From assembly GCA_016839785.1 (NCBI GenBank), contig JAEOTQ010000068.1:1-42784 (forward strand): 42,784 nucleotides of DNA. The letters are read 5' to 3'. Origin of the DNA: Candidatus Hodarchaeota archaeon (GTDB lineage Archaea > Asgardarchaeota > Heimdallarchaeia > Hodarchaeales > Hodarchaeaceae). Position 1 is the first letter of the stretch. The number at the start of each line of letters is the position of its first letter. The notes beneath the pieces are model-generated. The model worked only from the letters and a program-made list of their open reading frames with translations. It was not told the DNA's origin and did not search any database. Below, piece after piece: positions 20,101 through 29,293 of this stretch. A program made the translations under genes and the position numbers.

Positions 20101-21984
20101 GAATTACCTGAGGGTGATTACACCTGTCATGTATATGGAGAGAATTCCTATGGTATCTTATCTTATGCTTCCTCATCATTTCGAATAGATATTACTGCGC
20201 CTTCATTAATTGTTACCAGTCCAAGAAACGAGTCCTATAATACGAATACTGTGTTACTTTCGTATTTAACTAATGCAGATGATGTAAGAATATTTCTAGA
20301 CGGCAGTACAATCATCAAAAGTTCAGGTACAAGTTTGACAGAATTATCAGAAGGAGATCACAACTTAACTATCCTTGTTAGGGATACGGTAGGTAATTTC
20401 GTACTAAGGTCCTCCATTTTCAAGGTTGATACAGTTGCCCCATTTTTAACAGTGTATTCTCCCTATAATCGTAGCTACATTGAGAAGGTACCTTTGACCT
20501 TCGATTCAGATGGTCAGCTAGTCCTTTACTATATTACAGATGTTCACAGTACTAATCTAACTTTTAAATCTTCTATACAACTGTATTTACCGATTGGAAG
20601 TTATACACTCAATATTTATTCTTTTGACTCAGCTGGAAACGTTAAAACAGAGCAAATTGATTTTTCTATGGTCGAAAAGATTGACCTTTTAGTTAACTCC
20701 CACCTCACTGTAGTAAATCCTGCTGGAAATTACCTTCTAAGTACAGAGATATTATCCAACCCATATTTCGATCAAGTTGGTTTTTACTTGAATGGGAGTC
20801 ATTTCGGATTATTAACCTGGGATCCCTTTCATCAGGATTATCGAATTGCCCTTCAGTTACCCTCTCCAGGCAATTGGGAAATAAGCCTGTATGCAAGAAC
20901 AATAGATGAGAGGTATGATTTCAGAGAATTTCTTGAAATCTGGTCTCCGCCGAAGCCAATTATCACTTCTCTGTCGGTTTCATGGGAATCAAATTATTAC
21001 GAATTGAGAACAACGATTGATTCACAGTCTCTTGATCTTGATCTTGTTCAAATCTCACTAGATGAGACGAATTATAGTTTAAACAATTTTTTCGGAGATC
21101 AATGGTATGTACAAGTGTATATTAATCCACAAAATTATACTCTTAACTTAAATATATGGTATCCGTGGGATAACGAACCCTCGATAAGTAAAGAATTTGA
21201 TATTCTGTGGTATGCACCTCAAATTATTGTTGTAGACTCACATTTTGAAAGAAATGGGTTCGATTTAGAAATACGTATTGAGAAGGTAAACGCATCAATT
21301 TCTAACGATATCCCAGTAATGATATTAGAGGGCCTACCTCGAAACTACTCTGTTAACGGAAACTTAGTCTATGAATCAGCAATTGGAAGTTACCAAATAT
21401 GGCATTTCACATCCCCATGGCTAGCCCCTGATATGTGGAACTATAGTCTATCTATTTCTGATATCTATGGACAGTCTAACCAGTTTTTTGGCGTTTTCAA
21501 TTCAACAGATTCTCCACCAGAGATCGGCGATTTATCTCTAACAATTTTAGATAATACATCAACAGGGGTTTTATTTCGTATATCTGTCCAAGTCATTGAT
21601 GATTATGCTATTAGTGATGCGATTCTCTATATTAATGGTGTAGAATATTCATTCACTTTGATAAATGATTCATACATAACTCTTGATTTCTTTCTAACTC
21701 CAGGTTTATACGTTCTCCATTTATCTGTGGTAGATGATGTAAATCATGAAACTGCTAAGTGGTTAACTAATTTACATATCCAGAGTACGACTAATCTAAC
21801 CACTACTTCTGAACTAATCGATTTGACTAATCAGTCTACCCAAACGTCTCATAACTATACTCAACAAGAAGTAAAATCGCCTTCAGGTGTTAGTGGTCTA
21901 GTTGAAGTCGGTTTAGGCACAAGTTTATTTGCTACTCTTGTCGCTCTCGCTAATTCAATATTTCGAAAAAAGAGGTCTGAGTAA
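17170..21984 (+). CDS. Large (~1600 aa) secreted, C-terminally membrane-anchored Ig-like repeat surface glycoprotein, interrupted by one in-frame TAA at 18781-18783
   Basis: The two track ORFs are in the same frame, separated only by TAA. Signal peptide follows TTG 17170; beta-rich repeats (IDITAPSLIVTSP, VDTVAPFLTVYSP, DSAGN); many N-x-S/T sequons; T/S linker, TM helix and RKKR tail. Confidence 0.75.
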
Positions 21985-21985
21985 A

Positions 21986-22549
21986 ATGAAAAACAGCACT
22001 CATTATCTGTTTTCTTTAGGTTTAATAAACACATACGGGATGTTTGTCATTGATGGAAGGCTTTTCTCCTGGTTGATCATTATTCTATCAACAATTCTCA
22101 GTTTCTTTAGTTGGGTTCCTAATATACTTGATCAATACATGGGGGCACAATATGAAAATGAAGGTGTGTTATTAACGAGGAATAGACATCCATTAACGCA
22201 TTCTCCTTGGACGATATTCTATTTTCTTCCTTTCCTTTATCTTGTCCAAAAATCACATATTCCAATTTTAGAATCGATAATATCATTACTTGCAATAAGT
22301 TGGATTTCACATTTGGTGCTGGATTCCTTGAATCCAGGTGGATTACCTTTAGGAATACAACCTGTCTTTAGGAATCATCCTGTCAAACATTACAGATTTC
22401 ATTCTACAAGACCTCAAGAAACAAGACGATTACGTTTAGCAAGAATTCCATTCAATGATCCAAAAGCAAATAAGAATCTAGGACAATTTGGGTTATTCAT
22501 TTTTTCATTAAATTGTACAAGAACGTTTCTTTCATTCTTTAGGAGCTAA
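21986..22549 (+). CDS. YdjM-like membrane-bound metal-dependent hydrolase
   Basis: STHYLF, PNILD, RHPLTHS and SHLVLDSLNPGGLP motifs with TM helices; ATG 1 nt after the upstream stop. Confidence 0.75.
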   Translation: MKNSTHYLFSLGLINTYGMFVIDGRLFSWLIIILSTILSFFSWVPNILDQYMGAQYENEGVLLTRNRHPLTHSPWTIFYFLPFLYLVQKSHIPILESIISLLAISWISHLVLDSLNPGGLPLGIQPVFRNHPVKHYRFHSTRPQETRRLRLARIPFNDPKANKNLGQFGLFIFSLNCTRTFLSFFRS

Positions 22550-22555
22550 CGAGGG

Positions 22556-23614
22556 TTGTATAAAAGAAGTATGGGGCGAATAAATGTTATAGTTATCATG
22601 TTCATCATTATCCAAGGATTAACGGTCATAATTGAGGGAAATTCAACGGATTCTGTCATTCAGCAGGAGAAAAATTCTAGCTCGTATGATTTGAATTATT
22701 CTTACGTGATGAACTCACCAGAACTGACTTTTAATCGTATAATTGTATTATCTAGAAACTGGAATAAGTTATTTCTTAATTTATCGGTTCAAAATTATGG
22801 TGAACCCATTGATACAGTACTCACATCAGTTAAAATTAATAATGTACTTACTGAGCAAGCTTTTTCTAGTATTGAACGAGAAGGACTTAAAAATTGCATT
22901 GTTTACCAGTTCGACCAACCTCAATTCTTAATTATCCCCCTAAATTATTCATATCAAGAAATTCTGTCTATTTCGATTTCATTACATTTGGATTCTTTGA
23001 TATCATGGCGTGAAGTGGAATACAATTTTGCCATATTTTCTGCAATCCTTTATTCTGTTAATCTTGTAGAACCTCTAAATAACCAATCTTTAATGATTTT
23101 CTCTAATAGCTTTCAGTTCGCTCTCCAACCGTCACGAATATCATCTTTTGGAAAACGCCTACTATTGAAAAGTTTAATTCCCGTGGAGATTCCAGATAAT
23201 ATGTACCTTTCCTCAATTCTTGAAATTACAATGAGTGGTGGACGATTTGATTATGTAACTGTCAGTACAGGAACTAATTATGCGATAAATGGAAATTTCG
23301 TAAGAATCAATTCAACAGTAAACAGAAACAACCTCAAAAATCAGATTTGGCACTTAAATCTTTATATTATACCAATTATTGACTCTCAGGAAGAATATTC
23401 GTTAATCACTTTTTCTATTCAGGCTTACGGGTTTTTAAAAGAAAAAATAATCAGATATCAGAACTTGGATCTGATCAATCATCCCATCCCAGGAATTATT
23501 ATGACACCAGTTTTGATCCTACTCCTATTTGGAATTCCATATTATTATGTTTATCAGGAAGAATTGACTGAAAAAGACGATAGAATTATAGAATCTGAAT
23601 TAGGAAGAGTGTGA
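22556..23614 (+). CDS. Hypothetical secreted/membrane-anchored protein
   Basis: N-terminal hydrophobic segment, beta-rich body with sequons, C-terminal TM helix and acidic tail. Confidence 0.7.
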   Translation: MYKRSMGRINVIVIMFIIIQGLTVIIEGNSTDSVIQQEKNSSSYDLNYSYVMNSPELTFNRIIVLSRNWNKLFLNLSVQNYGEPIDTVLTSVKINNVLTEQAFSSIEREGLKNCIVYQFDQPQFLIIPLNYSYQEILSISISLHLDSLISWREVEYNFAIFSAILYSVNLVEPLNNQSLMIFSNSFQFALQPSRISSFGKRLLLKSLIPVEIPDNMYLSSILEITMSGGRFDYVTVSTGTNYAINGNFVRINSTVNRNNLKNQIWHLNLYIIPIIDSQEEYSLITFSIQAYGFLKEKIIRYQNLDLINHPIPGIIMTPVLILLLFGIPYYYVYQEELTEKDDRIIESELGRV

Positions 23615-23618
23615 AAGC

Positions 23619-24065
23619 ATGATAATCTCTTCTCAACCTTCTTTAGTTTCACCTCGTCCAAATGTCTTGATAGGGGATTATGACTCTTGTCTACACTTCA
23701 TTATTGAGAATAAATATGACGAATGGGTAGTTCCCAACCTCTTATGGATCGAGTATCGTGTAATTCCATTATCTTTTTTCTATCAGATCTCCCATCAACA
23801 TCCTAACTTGAATAGTAGTTTGTACTTCTTGGAGATGCTGTCATTCGAGGATTATAACAAAATTCTCGGTTCAAATATGCTTTCAACATTACATAAAGAT
23901 GGATTTGGATCACTGATAGTGAATTATCCTCACTTTTTTACTAACAACCATGAAAACTGGGCATTCCTCAAAAAATTGGCAAGCTCTTTGGTAGTTACTG
24001 TTATAGTTCCCAAAGATCTGTTTCCATTAGAGGAATGCACCCAAATTGTAGTTAATTCACCATGA
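23619..24065 (+). CDS. Minimal, degenerate RecA-fold-like protein
   Basis: Order of segments NVLIG, LLWIE, LYFLEMLSFED, GSLIVNY, LKKLASSLVVTVIV parallels the RadA core; no GKT. Stop overlaps the next ATG (ATGA). Confidence 0.5.
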   Translation: MIISSQPSLVSPRPNVLIGDYDSCLHFIIENKYDEWVVPNLLWIEYRVIPLSFFYQISHQHPNLNSSLYFLEMLSFEDYNKILGSNMLSTLHKDGFGSLIVNYPHFFTNNHENWAFLKKLASSLVVTVIVPKDLFPLEECTQIVVNSP

Positions 24066-24763
24066 GAACCACAGTTCAATTGAAAAGTTTCCAATGTATG
24101 AATGACGAACTCGAAACTTCTCATAAAATTCCAACAGGTATGGATATTATTGATAATCTTCTAGGGGGCTTTTTTGCAGGACATATTCATTCGATTATAG
24201 GTGAATCTGGAGTCGGAAAATCCTGGTTATGTCAAAGAGTTGTTAACTCACTCCTTGAATATGATCAGAATGCTAGTGTTCTTTATTCAGATTTTTCGGG
24301 CAATATTCGGTTAAAAAATCTCAAGAAATCGTTGAAAAAAACTGAATTCATGGAACAGGTTCATTTCTACCGACCCTCTTCTCTTCTAGAGAATGTTATT
24401 TTCTGTAAGAAAATTCTTGATGGACAACTTCCAAATATTTCCCTGTTAATCTTAGACACGGTATTTGGATCCCCTATGCAAGTTTACGAGCTATTGGGCA
24501 GATCTAAGAAAAAATGGGAACGAAATATTTTTCTTTTTATGTTAGATCTCAGAAAAATTGCTATTACTAAAAATATTCCCATTCTCATTTCTCACCATGC
24601 ATCTTCCAATAACATAAAGAAAATAAAGGGTGAAGAAGATCGAATAGACCCTTTCTGTACAACAAAATCTGTATTACAAAAATCTGGTCAAGTATCTTCC
24701 CTAAAGTTTTACGTCTATAATCAATACTTGGGCTCAACAACTTTTAAATTGTTTTCAGAGTGA
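24062..24763 (+). CDS. RadB/Rad51-paralogue RecA-family ATPase without an N-terminal domain
   Basis: IPTGMDIIDNLLGGF, GESGVGKS, VLYSDFSG, LLILDT, LRKIAITKNIPILIS. Confidence 0.85.
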   Translation: MRTTVQLKSFQCMNDELETSHKIPTGMDIIDNLLGGFFAGHIHSIIGESGVGKSWLCQRVVNSLLEYDQNASVLYSDFSGNIRLKNLKKSLKKTEFMEQVHFYRPSSLLENVIFCKKILDGQLPNISLLILDTVFGSPMQVYELLGRSKKKWERNIFLFMLDLRKIAITKNIPILISHHASSNNIKKIKGEEDRIDPFCTTKSVLQKSGQVSSLKFYVYNQYLGSTTFKLFSE

Positions 24764-24791
24764 TTAGATGACCAAGAAGGCCATTGCTATT

Positions 24792-25661
24792 CTATAAATC
24801 AAGGTCTTCGAGAGAAAGGAAATCAATTCCTGTCTTATTCGTAAGTTTTCTCGCAGGTTTTTCAGTAGGTAACCAGAATAAGACGGGTTTCTTCACTTTT
24901 CCACCTTGTGCGATATAACCCACAATAAATAAACCAATTATATACACAACAAACCATATTGTTCCCAGAAAAATTGAAAGAAAAAAATTCTGTGTTCTCC
25001 AAAGTGTATCGAACGTGAAAACGATGTATACCAATATCGCGTTATAAAACCAAAAGGGTCTAATTTGAAGATTTATCATCAAAGCATGGATCATGAAATA
25101 CCAGTCATTAATACTAGGCATTAGCACTCCGAAAATCCCAATGAAGAGATATAAATGAACTAATCCTCCCACTTGAGACGATAGAACACCTGTGTCAGCA
25201 AATATCAACGGAGTCACAATAAAATACCCGAGTAACATCACAAAAGCGAGTTTATTAGGAGCAAAAGCTACTCGTCTAGCATAGTCGAAACGATTAAATC
25301 CCATAAGAAGTCCGGGATTTTCATCTGGAACATCTATACCTGAAATTAGGGATGCACGAAGATTACCAGTATCAATGATTGGTTCCTTTTCCCCAGATTC
25401 TTTACGTGATTCAATTTCCTTTAATATCTGCTTTGCTGTGTATACATGTAAATAAACATGAATCCATCGGAAGGGGAGGAAAAATATCACTAGAATTCTT
25501 CGCAAAAAAGGGAGGAAATAGAGAGTAATTTGTAGTAATATGTAGTATGAAAATTGTTTTACAAAAAAATCTACGAAATTCTCACCCTGAATAGCCTCCA
25601 CTGCATACCAATTAATGAAATCACTAAAACTCTTTACAAGAAGGTCCAATAGTTCAACCAT
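24792..25661 (-). CDS. Multi-pass membrane protein, zinc-metalloprotease-like (M50/DUF3267-like) with HExxH changed to HVYLH
   Basis: About 6 TM segments; LPFRWIHVYLH, VAFAP and MPSIND pattern. Confidence 0.55.
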   Translation of the reverse strand: MVELLDLLVKSFSDFINWYAVEAIQGENFVDFFVKQFSYYILLQITLYFLPFLRRILVIFFLPFRWIHVYLHVYTAKQILKEIESRKESGEKEPIIDTGNLRASLISGIDVPDENPGLLMGFNRFDYARRVAFAPNKLAFVMLLGYFIVTPLIFADTGVLSSQVGGLVHLYLFIGIFGVLMPSINDWYFMIHALMINLQIRPFWFYNAILVYIVFTFDTLWRTQNFFLSIFLGTIWFVVYIIGLFIVGYIAQGGKVKKPVLFWLPTEKPARKLTNKTGIDFLSLEDLDL

Positions 25662-26439
25662 TGTTAATTACTCCCTCTGAATGTTCGCATACCAATTTAA
25701 ATTCGCATTTACTGCACGAGTTTGATTCTTTTGGTCTAAATTCATGAGATTGGAACTTTTTTATCAAAACATCTAACTTAGGTTTAAATGTTCTGGAATT
25801 ATAACTACTTATGCTATTGAACGAAATTTTCATTGATCGGTAATCAATCGAAATAATTCTAGTCAGGTCACTAGGATATAAGTTAACCAAACATAGACTA
25901 AAAATATTAGTTTGAGATTTATCTTCATTATCTCGGGGGAGGGAGTAATTTTGAATTATTGCAACTATTTTATTGTCAGAATATTGGATTAGAGCAGTTG
26001 GACTTTCCCTTATTAGGTTTTTCAGGACTTTGGTTTGAGGGAGGAATGAAATAGAGATAGGATATCTCTTTTTTTTACCCCTTTTTTCGCTTTCTTGGCT
26101 GATAGATTGCAATATAAAATTTAAGAACATGTAAACTTTAGGTGTAAAATTCTCTCCAGAAGTTAATTGGATTGGAGTATGCTTAATACAGGAATAGTCT
26201 AAAGGTAATGTTTCTCTAATTTTTTTGAAGTCACTAAAGGTATTCTCAGTTTGAATATCTAAAATTGCAGCAAGGATTGAAAAATATTGGGATGAAACTC
26301 GTTTAATGTCATTATATGCGTTTTCAACCAAACTCCAGCTAGATTCCTCAGTTAAACGTATATTTCTTATTTTATATAAATAAAAATATCGTGGGCAAGA
26401 CAAATACTGCTCCAGTATTTCTGATGTTAAGTAAGCCAT
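25654..26439 (-). CDS. Cas4/AddB-like PD-(D/E)xK-fold Fe-S protein, solo, with degenerate catalytic motifs
   Basis: N-terminal QYLSCPRYFYL and C-terminal CSKCEFKLVC (1+3 Cys staple); the expected PD and E-x-K positions read SPTAL and IIQNY. Confidence 0.7.
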   Translation of the reverse strand: MAYLTSEILEQYLSCPRYFYLYKIRNIRLTEESSWSLVENAYNDIKRVSSQYFSILAAILDIQTENTFSDFKKIRETLPLDYSCIKHTPIQLTSGENFTPKVYMFLNFILQSISQESEKRGKKKRYPISISFLPQTKVLKNLIRESPTALIQYSDNKIVAIIQNYSLPRDNEDKSQTNIFSLCLVNLYPSDLTRIISIDYRSMKISFNSISSYNSRTFKPKLDVLIKKFQSHEFRPKESNSCSKCEFKLVCEHSEGVINNG

Positions 26440-26452
26440 TGTACACCCATTT

Positions 26453-26911
26453 TTACATAATTATTTCAATATCCTCGAACTCTATCCGGTGAAATCGAGA
26501 TTTCAATAAACCTCTTGAAAGGAGAAACATGACTTTCTGAATACGATCCTCAGATGAAGCGCCAAAAGCCTGTAAAGTAATTTTAGTCTCCGAAATAATC
26601 CTCACACCTAATCCAATCAATTGTCGATTTGCTAGATCTGAGTAATTGATGAATTGGATGAACAGGCCACTATTTTCAATGAAACTTCTAAGATCACTTC
26701 TGGAGATCATATTAGATGCTTTTCCTGAATAATAAGGTAATATCGCTTCTAATTGAGCAGCTCCCTCCTTGTAAACTTGTCTAACTATTACAAATTCCTC
26801 TATGGTCCAATATGTCTCAGTAATCATGATAATATCGAATTTTCCTAAAGATAATCCGAAAAATAAGTTATCATAGATAACTATATGGGGATCCTGTAAT
26901 AAATTTGTCAT
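26453..26911 (-). CDS. Hypothetical protein
   Basis: First gene of a three-gene minus-strand unit; ATG at 26911 preferred over TTG at 26986; no recognised motif. Confidence 0.6.
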   Translation of the reverse strand: MTNLLQDPHIVIYDNLFFGLSLGKFDIIMITETYWTIEEFVIVRQVYKEGAAQLEAILPYYSGKASNMISRSDLRSFIENSGLFIQFINYSDLANRQLIGLGVRIISETKITLQAFGASSEDRIQKVMFLLSRGLLKSRFHRIEFEDIEIIM

Positions 26912-27034
26912 CCTGATAAAGCCTCGAAGAAAAATTGTTCTTCTAATACTGATTATGTACAGAGCATATATACTCAAAATCAACACAGAAATCGAGATAC
27001 TTATAATACGGTAAACTCAATTTAGAATTGAAAG

Positions 27035-27232
27035 GTGGTATTCTTGGGAAATGAGACCAACAAATCAACATTCAAACTGTGTATCTCTTTGCTAGCAACT
27101 TCGGGCAACTCCCTTTCTTATTGCACTAAGTATCATGAGTGGATAAGTAAATGCCCCAATCAATGCACATTCTTTACTGAAGGGGAAATTGGAGTATTAG
27201 AAGAGGCTGAACGTAAAAAATATAACATCTAA
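27035..27232 (+). CDS. Small Cys4 protein
   Basis: C-x13-CTKYHEWISKCPNQC pattern, similar to the first Cys cluster of ORF 1350..1679; start uncertain. Confidence 0.55.
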   Translation: MVFLGNETNKSTFKLCISLLATSGNSLSYCTKYHEWISKCPNQCTFFTEGEIGVLEEAERKKYNI

Positions 27233-27326
27233 TGCTTTTATTTTTCAAGAATAATTACCAATAAGGTGAGATTTCATTGTACGTTATTCACTCAAGATAA
27301 TCCATTTTGTGAATCTTGTCAATATG

Positions 27327-28664
27327 CTAAATTGGGGTAATTTCTTCTGATTCCTCTAAGTTGATATCAGCTAGAAGCCTAGGTTTAATCTTAAAATACC
27401 GGTCTTCATAGTTTACCAAGTCAGGTAACTTGAGTGATACAATTGTCTTTACTGTGTGGGTCAATGCTTCCTCAGCATCAAGCTTAATCCATGGTAAACT
27501 CTTATTTTCAACACGTTCAACATTTAATAATGGTAATAATGAGTGAAAGCTAGATCGAAAAGGTAATTGGAATTCATAGGTTTCTTCTGCGCCTAAAAAC
27601 CAAACTCGTTTATGATGTAATTGATTTTTCCTATCAGAAACTGTAATCAAAACGGGTATATGATCCATCTGAGGTGGAAGAGCTGAAATAGTAATTAATG
27701 CCGAAAATTTCTTTTTTCCTTTCTTGGAAACCTTCATTTCACAATGCCATTCTGGAGCTGGTTCTTTATTCAACCATCGGTTATAAAACTCCTTCACCTG
27801 AGAAAAATATTCATCTGGCCAAGTATCTCGAATCCCCCCTGTTGGGAGAAGAGCGCTTTCAACCCAAAGCTGCTTAGGTTTGTATAAAGAGGTAAAGTTT
27901 CGAATAATATTCTGATTGGGTTGATCTTTGTGATCAAAAACTGAAATGAGAAATGTAGGGCAGGAATGGAGCATAGATAGAGAATGATGTCTATCCCATC
28001 TAGTCCTCCACAGAAATGGCCAGAGTAATACTCGTGTCAGAAATCTGAAGAAAGAGACACCAAAACCAGAATAGGGTAGATTACATGTAATTAACGTACT
28101 TAAAGGGATAGGTCCATTTTCAAGGATAACTGCTTTTATTGGTTGGTCTTTTACCAAAGCACTCGCCAATAATGTACTAAGTGATTCGCTATATATTGCA
28201 ATTTTCCGTTTGTCAAGATTATCTCTGGAGATAAGATATTCGTATGCTTTTATGATCGTTAAAGTGTAATATCTTGGGGAATAGTTCTTTTTTAGGAGAA
28301 GTCGAGTTGACTCATCAATGATATGAATAACGGGGAGTAAAACATTGAACCCCATTAGTTGCAGTACTCCAGATGTTTTCAAACTATTTTCAAACGAACG
28401 CTCATTAATCCAATCAGGGATCATGAGAATGGTGGAATCATTTTCTTGCTTGCTGGGAAAGAACCAGGCTTTTTGCAATTTATCTTTGACAGGAAAGGAA
28501 ATCGGGATGGCTTCTAGGCCAAAATCACTCGGAAGATTCACAGGAAGATCCTTCCGTGCAGTAAAATAGATATAGAGATACGGGATGATCTCGGTACGAC
28601 GAATAATAATGACTAAGCAGATCAGTAGAATAAAGACTACTCCAAGCAATAAAGGATCAACCAT
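27327..28664 (-). CDS. Membrane-anchored alpha/beta-hydrolase-fold protein with a degenerate nucleophile elbow
   Basis: N-terminal TM; LQKAWFFP, GFNVLLP, AYEYL..LDKRKIAIYSESLS, IKAVILEN, PTFLI, PKQLWV. Confidence 0.7.
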   Translation of the reverse strand: MVDPLLLGVVFILLICLVIIIRRTEIIPYLYIYFTARKDLPVNLPSDFGLEAIPISFPVKDKLQKAWFFPSKQENDSTILMIPDWINERSFENSLKTSGVLQLMGFNVLLPVIHIIDESTRLLLKKNYSPRYYTLTIIKAYEYLISRDNLDKRKIAIYSESLSTLLASALVKDQPIKAVILENGPIPLSTLITCNLPYSGFGVSFFRFLTRVLLWPFLWRTRWDRHHSLSMLHSCPTFLISVFDHKDQPNQNIIRNFTSLYKPKQLWVESALLPTGGIRDTWPDEYFSQVKEFYNRWLNKEPAPEWHCEMKVSKKGKKKFSALITISALPPQMDHIPVLITVSDRKNQLHHKRVWFLGAEETYEFQLPFRSSFHSLLPLLNVERVENKSLPWIKLDAEEALTHTVKTIVSLKLPDLVNYEDRYFKIKPRLLADINLEESEEITPI

Positions 28665-28738
28665 AGTTCAAACTCACTTCCAATGGGGTACAATCAAAAC
28701 CTGTCTTAAAATAGGTATGGAAATTTAGTTAATATAAA

Positions 28739-29182
28739 TTATTTTGATAGAAGGCGTGAGTCCATTTCTTTTTCAATTTTTTTCAACGAAGCTATCATTG
28801 ATTCAAGGAATTGATTGTGTTCTTCAAATGTCGCATTTAGTTCCTTCAAAATATCAGCATTGGCTCTCTGAAACTCCCTAATTAAGCTCACTTTGTGTGC
28901 TTTTTGGTTTAAAGGATTTGTATGTTTGAAATCCCATTCACGCTTAAGAGCAAGCTTGCGTGAAGAATATTTTTCTAAATAAACTAGCTCAATTGGTTGT
29001 TTACGAGTGATTCGTGCACCTTTGGTACTATTTACTCCTATATGTTGGGTAAGACGATTTATAAGATGATGAGTATAACCTGTGTAAATTTTCCTGTTAA
29101 ACCCACGTGATTTTTCTCCCACAAGGAGCATATAGACCCAAAACGGCAATTTGAAACCCAGCTTCAGAAAGATTTCTGTCAC
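28739..29182 (-). CDS. GIY-YIG nuclease (UPF0213/Slx1-like)
   Basis: WVYML..IYTGYT..RLTQH..GARITR..PIELVYLE..ALKRE. Confidence 0.88.
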   Translation of the reverse strand: MTEIFLKLGFKLPFWVYMLLVGEKSRGFNRKIYTGYTHHLINRLTQHIGVNSTKGARITRKQPIELVYLEKYSSRKLALKREWDFKHTNPLNQKAHKVSLIREFQRANADILKELNATFEEHNQFLESMIASLKKIEKEMDSRLLSK

Positions 29183-29293
29183 TTAAGTTTTCCACGCTTT
29201 TGCAATTTTTTTTCTACTCTTCTCATGATTCTATACTTGATTGAAGGGCAAAACTGACTTAAATGAATGCACTGAAAAGATGTGTGGATAAGT

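Noticed and set aside
13380-21984. Integrated conjugative element or provirus
   Set aside because: No integrase, relaxase, capsid, attachment repeats or tRNA target recognised; core genes radA and xpd are interleaved.
25654-26439. CRISPR-Cas locus suggested by the Cas4-like gene
   Set aside because: No repeat-spacer array or other cas gene was seen in the window.
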